Shown: in pieces, positions 57,973 through 64,000 of the stretch | How the letters are laid out: each line of letters opens with the position of its first letter | Numbering within the stretch: the stretch's first letter is position 1 | NCBI GenBank assembly: GCA_030262715.1 | Contig: JAJSZR010000001.1 | Location: forward strand, 2,188 to 66,187 | Direction of reading: 5' to 3' | Length of the DNA: 64,000 nucleotides | Source of the DNA: Deltaproteobacteria bacterium | GTDB taxonomy: Bacteria > Desulfobacterota > Dissulfuribacteria > Dissulfuribacterales > UBA3076 | Notes under the pieces: generated by a model | The model's input: the letters and a program-made list of their open reading frames with translations, nothing else | Databases searched by the model: none | Told to the model about the DNA's origin: nothing | Program-made: the position numbers and the translations under genes

Positions 57973-57981
57973 TTATACCTA
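57826..57981 (+). repeat. direct repeat DR-1 (about 155 bp) of the tail-coding module
   Basis: Aligns to 59830-59990. Over the 144 coding nt I counted 20 differences (about 86% identity). Confidence 0.85.
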
Positions 57982-58275
57982 GCGGAAAAGTCAAAAGCAG
58001 ACGTGACCCCTTGTATCGAAGTATCCGGCAGAAAAAGTGCATGGAAAGTCCCTGAAATACAATGAGTATGAATGAAGAAGCGGTTTTGCCGGACCTGTCC
58101 CGGAATTTGGGCCGGGGCGCATATGCAACAATGTTGATGATCCCGTGGAAAATTATTTTGTCAACATAGTCAATAGCAGAGTTTGCCACTCGATCATGGT
58201 GAGACAAAGTGCCTCTCGTATTCGTCCAAGCTGGCCGAATTATTGCGTGGAACAAAAAATGAGGATATTTAGGAC

Positions 58276-59049
58276 ATGAACAAGTTTCGGATGTACATTG
58301 ACGAGGTTGGCAATCCGGATCTGGGAAGCTCTGACAATCCGAATCATCGCTTCCTGAGTCTCACCGGGGTAATCATTGATTTAGACTTCGTAAGTAACAC
58401 GCTCCATCCGGAAATGGAGGTATTGAAGGTTCGGTATTTTGGTTCCCACCCGGATGAGCCGGTCATCCTCCACCGTAAGGAATTGGTCAATTGCAAGTCT
58501 CCTTTTCGCGCTCTGAAGGATCCGGAATTCAGGGCCGCCTTTGACAGGGAGCTGTTGATATTATTGGCCAACTGGGAATACACGGTCATCACGGTCTGCC
58601 TCGATAAAAAAAGACACCGCGACACTTACACCACCTGGCGCTATGACCCATATCACTACTGTTTGGCCGTTCTGCTGGAACGCTTTAATTTCTGGCTGAA
58701 CCGGCGGCAAGACAGGGGCGATGTCATGGCCGAGTCACGCGGGGGCAAGGAGGACCGGCGGCTCAAGGATTCTTTCCATCGCCTCTGGGAGCAAGGGACG
58801 GAATATGTTGATCCCGAGCAGTTTCAACGTTCTTTTACGAGCCGGCAGTTGAAAGTCAAACCCAAGACGGCCAATATCAGCGGCCTGCAACTCGCGGACC
58901 TGATCGCTCATCCAAGCCGGTCCGAGATATTGGACCAAAACGGGCTGCTCGGCCGGCCGCTGGCGCCTTTTGCGCAAAAGGTTATCGATATCTTACAGGA
59001 AAAATATGACCAGCAGGAAAGGACAATTTATGGCAAGAAGTTTCTGTAG
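58276..59049 (+). CDS. DUF3800-domain protein
   Basis: 257 aa. The start MYIDEVGNPDL... (Y.DE.G) and overall layout fit DUF3800. RBS-like AGGA upstream. Confidence 0.65.
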   Translation: MNKFRMYIDEVGNPDLGSSDNPNHRFLSLTGVIIDLDFVSNTLHPEMEVLKVRYFGSHPDEPVILHRKELVNCKSPFRALKDPEFRAAFDRELLILLANWEYTVITVCLDKKRHRDTYTTWRYDPYHYCLAVLLERFNFWLNRRQDRGDVMAESRGGKEDRRLKDSFHRLWEQGTEYVDPEQFQRSFTSRQLKVKPKTANISGLQLADLIAHPSRSEILDQNGLLGRPLAPFAQKVIDILQEKYDQQERTIYGKKFL

Positions 59050-59052
59050 TAT

Positions 59053-59074
59053 AAAAAAAGGCCCTTGCGGGCCC
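59053..59074 (-). terminator. intrinsic-terminator-like hairpin oriented for the minus strand
   Basis: The plus strand reads AAAAAAA-GGCCC-TTGC-GGGCC. The minus strand therefore reads GGCCC-GCAA-GGGCC-TTTTTTT. No T-run follows on the plus strand. Confidence 0.45.
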
Positions 59075-59138
59075 GATGGCTTGACGCCATCCACCTCCGG
59101 AAAGCCGGATTAATTTTATAATGACATATGAGGTATAA

Positions 59139-59273
59139 ATGTCAAGAGAAAACAAAAAAATTCTGACCGGTAGCCCCGGCTGGAAGGAAAAATCACACCA
59201 AGAGGATCAATCAACGTCAGGTTGGCGGAGGCGAATGAGAAGCCGAAGAGCGGCAAACAGGGTTTTGAAATAA
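59139..59273 (+). CDS. candidate 44-aa basic micro-ORF
   Basis: Perfect TATAAT at 59117-59122, GAGG 6 nt before ATG 59139. MSRENKKILTGSPGWKEKSHQEDQSTSGWRRRMRSRRAANRVLK. No homology evidence. Confidence 0.25.
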   Translation: MSRENKKILTGSPGWKEKSHQEDQSTSGWRRRMRSRRAANRVLK

Positions 59274-59367
59274 TGCAATAACGAAAGCTAGACCCCGGAG
59301 TCTGGGGTCTCCAAGGCGTACTCAAGCGCATCGGTCCGGCAAAAGGCGGTTACTGGCAGGTACCGGA

Positions 59368-59616
59368 GTGATTAAACCAGCCAGACCCCAAAATCTTCCG
59401 GGAAGAATTAGGTATGGTGTCCCCGGAATTCCCCGGCAGGTTGACATATCTCCTCTGGAAATCATCAATATGTGGTTGGAGAACGGATTGATATCGTGGG
59501 ATGACGTGAAGCATGAATACCTTTCCGAGTGGGACAGGCTGGAAGAACTCCGGCAACCGATAAAGGCGATTGGCAAGTTCCAGCAGTTTACTGGAAAGAG
59601 ATATCCCGGATCATAA
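59368..59616 (+). CDS. hypothetical ORF (possibly the degraded 5-prime part of the following gene)
   Basis: 82-aa GTG-initiated ORF. It overlaps two other-frame ORFs (59570-59830, 59656-59976), suggesting frameshift decay. No motif recognised. Confidence 0.25.
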   Translation: MIKPARPQNLPGRIRYGVPGIPRQVDISPLEIINMWLENGLISWDDVKHEYLSEWDRLEELRQPIKAIGKFQQFTGKRYPGS

Positions 59617-59655
59617 CCATGTGAGGTTTCGAATAACAGCGGAGGGAAGAGCGTC

Positions 59656-59976
59656 ATGGCGGAATCTGACAGTCACCAAAGAACAAAGAGCAAGGCGGCC
59701 GGCCAAGCCGGGAGAACGGAAGCTCCACTATGCGGAAATCGCAGGCTGGATGCGCTTACCCCCAGAAAGGCAATTGAAATTGAACGGAGCGGCACCCTGG
59801 CCGGTCTTGAAAAAGCCGCAAAACGGCTGAAGGATAGCGGCAGGCCACAGAAAATATTGCAAGTCCCGCAAAAGGATATGGCCAAGGCGGCAAAAGCGAT
59901 GCAAAACGTCGGGGTAGGTGGCACCGTAAAAAATATGGGTGGCACCAAGAGACGCTCTGTAACGAAGAAGAAATGA
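59656..59976 (+). CDS. hypothetical 106-aa protein carrying the conserved lysine-rich tail module
   Basis: ...RRLDALTPRKAIEIERSGTLAGLEKAAKRLKDSGRPQKILQVPQKDMAKAAKAMQNVGVGGTVKNMGGTKRRSVTKKK. The D...EIE segment is reminiscent of a PD-(D/E)xK core, but that is unverified. Confidence 0.45.
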   Translation: MAESDSHQRTKSKAAGQAGRTEAPLCGNRRLDALTPRKAIEIERSGTLAGLEKAAKRLKDSGRPQKILQVPQKDMAKAAKAMQNVGVGGTVKNMGGTKRRSVTKKK

Positions 59977-59990
59977 TTGATTTTGCCTAG
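59830..59990 (+). repeat. direct repeat DR-2 of the tail-coding module
   Basis: See DR-1. Similarity continues roughly 15-20 nt past both TGA stops (tgatt.....cctag). Confidence 0.85.
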
Positions 59991-60390
59991 TTGGGTGCGG
60001 CGATAACAGCGCCATCAAGGAGCGAAGTATCGTCGAATGCCTCGTCAATGGTGAAATATAAATGCTGCCTTCCAGAGCTGGATTATGAGAATAAATAATA
60101 ATAAAAAACTATAAAAAAACTATAAAAACCCTGGCGGTAAAAACAATAATGTAAATGTTATCAAAGGGTTGGCCTTTTGTTAATTCCTGTCTGTTCACAG
60201 GACAAAGCAAAAAGAATGTCCTCCATAGAGGTTTCCCGGAGTGAAGTGTTGAACCCGCAAAATAGAATGTGAAAATAGGAGACAATCCAGAAGATTATTT
60301 TTTTGTATGGATTGGTTGGCTTTAATTTTCTTAACGTTTAAAAAGTAATGAGGGTGTTGCGCTATAGATTACAAAATGGAATAAGAAGAA

Positions 60391-60702
60391 ATGTGGATAA
60401 TTGATATCAGGCATTGGCTTAATGAACAGAAGAACGGACCGGCTGTGCCTGAGCTGAAACTGAAAGTAAGAAAACTGGCGGAGATCATAACCTATGCAAC
60501 GTTATGTGACCGTGGTCTGGCCGCAGGAAAAGCGCCGAGATGTTGGCGGCGGCCGAAAAGAAAACCCTGTAAAGGCATTTTGCAGATTCAATTTGAGATA
60601 GATGGCCGGATACACTGGTTTTGCCCTGAATGTGCTGATGAAGGACTTGTTGATGGTTGGCATGGATTGATATGGGACATGAGTGACGGGATGATTCATT
60701 GA
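60391..60702 (+). CDS. hypothetical small Cys-containing protein
   Basis: 103 aa. RCWRRPKRKPCKG....WFCPECADEG suggests a C..C...C..C zinc knuckle. Preceded by about 400 bp of AT-rich DNA. Confidence 0.4.
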   Translation: MWIIDIRHWLNEQKNGPAVPELKLKVRKLAEIITYATLCDRGLAAGKAPRCWRRPKRKPCKGILQIQFEIDGRIHWFCPECADEGLVDGWHGLIWDMSDGMIH

Positions 60703-60865
60703 GTATCTCACAAACATTGCCGAGACGACCGGTTTAGTGTTGTGAAAGAATGGATGTTGCTTAAAGTTTATAATAGGTTGAATGTAATACAATCGGAATA
60801 AATGGCCCGATACCAATTTGGGGCACAAACAGGGCGAACACATAGGTTCGCCCCTACGTATAACC

Positions 60866-61525
60866 ATGATAAATATCAAAGACCTGCCTGCTCATAATCG
60901 CCCAAGGGAAAAACTTAAGGAAAGGGGCGCATCCGCCTTAACTGATGAGGAACTGGTGGCCGCAATTCTGGGGAGAGGTGTGGAAGGCCAGGATCTCAGA
61001 ACGATATCCAGCAGTGTTGCTAAACTGATCCGCAAACACAGGGAAAATCTCATTATTGAACACCTCACAGTGGTGCGTGGAATGGGCCTGGCAAAGGCCG
61101 CCCAAATCCTATCGGCTTTTGAACTGGCAAGACGGTATCTGATTAAAGATACTGTAAAAGTAACCGGAGCCCAGGACGTGATACCTCTTTTGGCTGATAT
61201 TGCCGACAAGAAGCAAGAGCATTTTGTTTGCATTTCCCTTAATGGCGCCCATGAAGTGATTGAAAAGAGGATTGTCACGATTGGGCTGGTTGACCGTAGT
61301 CCGGTTCATCCACGTGAAGTCTATGCGGATGTCATATCGGACAGGGCCGCGGCTGTCATCTTTGCCCACAATCATCCTTCCGGCGACCTCAAGCCGAGCA
61401 ACAGTGATTTGAAAATACAGGAACAACTGACAGAGGCAGGGAAGATACTTGGTATTAGAGTCCTTGATCATCTAATTGTGACAAAAAAGGGATACTATAG
61501 TTTCCAGGAAGCAGGGTTGATTTGA
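60866..61525 (+). CDS. radC: RadC-like JAB-domain protein (UPF0758)
   Basis: RPREKL...GA.ALTDEELVAAILG.G N-terminal HhH part, and the JAMM motif HNHPSGDLKPSNSD. The start is moved to MINIKDLP (60866). Confidence 0.85.
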   Translation: MINIKDLPAHNRPREKLKERGASALTDEELVAAILGRGVEGQDLRTISSSVAKLIRKHRENLIIEHLTVVRGMGLAKAAQILSAFELARRYLIKDTVKVTGAQDVIPLLADIADKKQEHFVCISLNGAHEVIEKRIVTIGLVDRSPVHPREVYADVISDRAAAVIFAHNHPSGDLKPSNSDLKIQEQLTEAGKILGIRVLDHLIVTKKGYYSFQEAGLI

Positions 61526-61530
61526 AAAAT

Positions 61531-61565
61531 GAACATCGAACATCGAACATCGAACGTCCAACATC
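61531..61565. repeat. tandem heptamer (GAACATC) x5
   Basis: gaacatc gaacatc gaacatc gaacgtc caacatc immediately after the radC stop. Confidence 0.85.
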
Positions 61566-61632
61566 GAATAAAAAACAAACACCCGATACCGACGCGCAGC
61601 GCAGGCGCTTGCGCCGCGTGACATTCAATAGC

Positions 61633-61767
61633 TATTTCTGCTTTAACCCACCTAACTGTGAGCGTTTACAGGGTGCTGCAGATGCGAGGCGTACGGGTAC
61701 GCAGACGTACTCCCTGTACTTCAAGTGCCCGACAACAAAGCAGATGCGGTGCCCTGTGAACGCTTAC
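61633..61767 (+). repeat. palindromic intergenic element, copy D (diverged, full length)
   Basis: Inverted ends gtgagcgtttacagggtgc / gcggtgccctgtgaacgcttac. Shares ..gatgcgaggcgt..cagacgtact..gcagatgcggtg.. with copy A, and is almost collinear with the reverse complement of copy E. Confidence 0.7.
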
Positions 61768-61804
61768 CTAAATTCTATGTCCCCCAACATGTAAATGCGC
61801 CATC

Positions 61805-63211
61805 ATGAAGAAGACTAGGCGAAGAGTTATCACTACCCGCCGGCTTGCTGCTTCAGTCCTCCTGAAGTGGGAGGGCCTTTCACAATCTAGGCGTATGCCT
61901 CTGGCGCAACTGACAGAGGATTTCCTTGAGAACACAGGTCCTTGGTCTGCCAGAGACAGGGCACTTGTTCGTGAGTTGGTTTTTGGAGTGGTAAGATGGT
62001 TAGTACTCCTGGACCGGCACATAGACTCCCTGCTTGCCTCCAAAAAGAAGAGACTATCAAGCATAGTCCGGTCACATTTGAGAATTGGGGTCTTTCAGAT
62101 CCTGTTTCTTGACCGCATTCCTTTTTCAGCCGCAGTGAATGAGGCAGTTAAAGGTGTAAAGTCATCCAATCATGCATGGGCCTCTGGTCTGGTGAATGCC
62201 GTTCTTCGCCGGGTGGCTGAAAGGCGAGAGTCCCTTGGGCCGGACATGGCCCGAAGGTGTGAGGACACGATGGGCCTTGGTGAGGTTGAAAGGCTTGCCA
62301 TTGAGCAATCTCACCCGCTTTGGATGGTCAATAGATGGGTGGGGAGATACGGACTTGCAGAAGCACAGGCCGTCTGTAGAGCCAATAACATAAAGGCCCC
62401 GCTGACTCTCAGGGTTAATACCCTGATCATAACAAGGAAAAAAGTCCTTAATAACCTGGCAGGTCATGGAATAGATGCCGTTCCGGGTCGCTATGCGCCC
62501 GAAGCCATAATGATTCGTGGTTATCCCGGATCTCCTGTGGCAATCCCAGGTTTCAAGCAAGGGTGGTTTCAGGTACAGGACGAGGCAGCACAACTGGTCT
62601 CGTACTGTTTGGCCCCAAAGCCTCAGGAGATCATACTCGATGCCTGCGCTGGGCCGGGGGGAAAGACGACCCATATTGCACAGTTGATCAGAGATCAGGG
62701 AATAGTCGAGGCCACAGACAGGAATGATGCCCGACTGGAACTTCTAAAAGAGAACCAGGAAAGACTGGGGATAAAGTGCATTTCCTGTATCCCTTTTAAA
62801 TCGTTTAAGGCAAGGCTCTCCGGGCTTAAGGGCAGATATCACCGTATCCTGGTAGACGCCCCATGCTCAGGCCTTGGTGTCATAAGACGGCACCCTGACA
62901 TCAAGTGGAATCGCACCAGTGCTTCGATGTCGGAATTGGCTTCTCAACAAAGATCTTTGCTCAATGGCCTAGCCCTTTTAATCAGACCCGGAGGCACCAT
63001 GGTCTATGCAACCTGCACCCTGGAGCCTGAGGAGACCAGGGAAGTAGTTGAGGATTTCCTTTCCGGTCATCCGGGATGGGACCTTATTCCGGCGGAAAAG
63101 GTGCTTCCCGCAGCAGCGAGGAGCCTTGTTGATGAAAATGGATTCCTTGTCATCTTTCCCAGTCCAGGCGGACCTGATGGTTTTTTTACAGTAGTGCTTA
63201 GGTCTCCGTAA
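61805..63211 (+). CDS. rsmB: 16S rRNA (cytosine967-C5)-methyltransferase
   Basis: N-terminal NusB-like domain. SAM motif LDACAGPGGKT and catalytic VDAPCSG and TCT/TCS-type Cys. Confidence 0.9.
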   Translation: MKKTRRRVITTRRLAASVLLKWEGLSQSRRMPLAQLTEDFLENTGPWSARDRALVRELVFGVVRWLVLLDRHIDSLLASKKKRLSSIVRSHLRIGVFQILFLDRIPFSAAVNEAVKGVKSSNHAWASGLVNAVLRRVAERRESLGPDMARRCEDTMGLGEVERLAIEQSHPLWMVNRWVGRYGLAEAQAVCRANNIKAPLTLRVNTLIITRKKVLNNLAGHGIDAVPGRYAPEAIMIRGYPGSPVAIPGFKQGWFQVQDEAAQLVSYCLAPKPQEIILDACAGPGGKTTHIAQLIRDQGIVEATDRNDARLELLKENQERLGIKCISCIPFKSFKARLSGLKGRYHRILVDAPCSGLGVIRRHPDIKWNRTSASMSELASQQRSLLNGLALLIRPGGTMVYATCTLEPEETREVVEDFLSGHPGWDLIPAEKVLPAAARSLVDENGFLVIFPSPGGPDGFFTVVLRSP

Positions 63212-63443
63212 CTGCGTATAGCCGTTGCTACAAATAGTGTCGTGGCAGTAACTCCGACAAATGACTTCGTATTATCGGTTGAGTGTGATAAGAAGGATGA
63301 GCCTCTTGCAAAACGCATTATTTTGTTCGAGGGCGAGGTGCGAGGAGGTGAAAAAGCTCAACATACATGGAGTACATGGGTCTGTCCTTAAATACAAAGT
63401 AGAAGTAGCAGATGGCTACTAAAGAATAGCAATAAGGCTAAGA

Positions 63444-64000
63444 ATGGGTAACGATCTTTTGACAGGCCATATAGGAAAGCGCATTTCGCTTTCGGGACAT
63501 TTCGATGTCCCGGTGGTACTGGAGGATGCCAGACCACTCGGTGCGGACGCGTCGGCGGGCTATGAATGCCGCGTTCGCCTTCCTGACGGTTCGTTGGAAG
63601 AGGCTGTAATCTCTGCTACCGAGGCCGCATCAATTCTTGGGGCCGGCCGAGAGGTCTCCGAATCGATCAAGCCCGTGGATGCTGATAAGCTTCGTCTCCT
63701 GATTGAATCTTCCCGAATTCACCTCGCGTATGCACACGACCGTCAGTTCGCGGTAAGTCTCTCGGGCATCCGAACCCTGCCACACCAGATCGAAGCCGTT
63801 TATCAAGCGATGCTTCCCCAGCCCCGGTTGCGCTTTCTTCTGGCGGACGATCCGGGGGCGGGCAAAACCATCATGGCAGGGCTCCTCGTAAAAGAGCTAA
63901 AGCTACGGGAAGCGATTGAACGTGTTCTCATCCTCTGCCCTGCGCCGCTCACGATTCAGTGGCAGGATGAGATGCTCCGTTGGTTTGGGGAACCTTTCGA
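63444..64000 (+). CDS. SNF2-family helicase, N-terminal 185 codons only (runs off the window)
   Basis: Open frame from ATG 63444 to the window end. ...LPHQIEAVYQAMLPQPRLRFLLADDPGAGKTIMAGLLVKELKLREAIERVLILCPAPLTIQWQDEM gives motifs Q, I (DxxGxGKT) and Ia of SNF2/Rad54-like ATPases. Not in the ORF track because it has no stop. Confidence 0.8.
   Translation, partial: MGNDLLTGHIGKRISLSGHFDVPVVLEDARPLGADASAGYECRVRLPDGSLEEAVISATEAASILGAGREVSESIKPVDADKLRLLIESSRIHLAYAHDRQFAVSLSGIRTLPHQIEAVYQAMLPQPRLRFLLADDPGAGKTIMAGLLVKELKLREAIERVLILCPAPLTIQWQDEMLRWFGEPF

Noticed and set aside
57758-58255. 165-aa minus-strand ORF between the micro-ORF and DUF3800
   Set aside because: It overlaps the conserved tail-coding module in antisense, has an odd composition and no RBS. 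It is judged spurious.
59570-59830. 86-aa ORF overlapping both 59368-59616 and 59656-59976
   Set aside because: It shares DNA with two other frames and only one can be real. It is most likely a by-product of frameshift decay. The 59656 frame is preferred because its tail is conserved in the 57817 paralogue.
61522-61794. 90-aa ORF (SNIEHRTSNIERPTSNKK...) after radC
   Set aside because: It is a translation of the GAACATC heptamer tract plus palindromic element copy D. The same applies to ORFs 21557-21763(-), 55667-55897(-) and 34343-34534(+).
55759-61804. Integron-like cassette array (CALIN) explanation for the co-oriented small genes
   Set aside because: There is no intI gene. I could not find RYYYAAC/GTTRRRY attC core pairs at the gene boundaries. 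The 155-bp repeats are coding, not attC-like hairpins.

Overview
This is a densely coded 64-kb chromosomal window with about 60 credible protein genes and one tRNA. Gene content suggests an anaerobic Desulfobacterota/deltaproteobacterium-type genome: cimA coupled to lysC, a Cys-less Thi4, sigma-54 NtrYX and GatCAB. That placement is inference only, and all calls rest on motif reading, not searches. Most of the window is housekeeping. It holds mdh, mltA, DUF4390-ntrY-ntrX, plsY, two L,D-transpeptidases around an OprI/Lpp-like lipoprotein, a divergent PEPCK, lysC-cimA, an APC-Usp permease and a ClC channel. It also holds the ffh-rpsP-KH-rimM-trmD-rplS-rnhB-yraN block, lnt, prfB (with its +1 frameshift site), birA, tRNA-Gln(CTG), htpX, fbp, thi4, pcnB, lgt, gatCA, a UvrD-like helicase, an acyl-CoA ligase and plsC. 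Accessory DNA is concentrated at the def/fmt/rsmB locus, which is interrupted three times. (1) A GC-richer 3.5-kb inositol cassette sits between def and fmt: Zn-ribbon, Ino1-type MIPS, a fused cytidylyltransferase/CDP-alcohol phosphotransferase and an HD hydrolase. (2) A 6-kb mosaic sits between fmt and rsmB. It carries a doubly truncated AAA/RloB (AbiL-like) remnant, a HigB-like toxin with an HTH-ImmA/IrrE partner and a coupled micro-ORF, a DUF3800 gene bracketed by about 155-bp coding direct repeats, and a RadC-JAB gene. (3) A SNF2-family helicase begins after rsmB and runs off the window. Three non-coding repeat families are also visible: a ~110-130-bp palindromic element (5 copies), a heptamer-periodic hairpin element (2 inverted copies), and one MITE-like element with TIRs and a 9-bp duplication. 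I saw no CRISPR array, rRNA, integrase or transposase. No complete, clearly novel multi-gene system can be proven from sequence alone. The best candidates are the inositol cassette, the LDT/Lpp-like trio and the fmt-rsmB mosaic.
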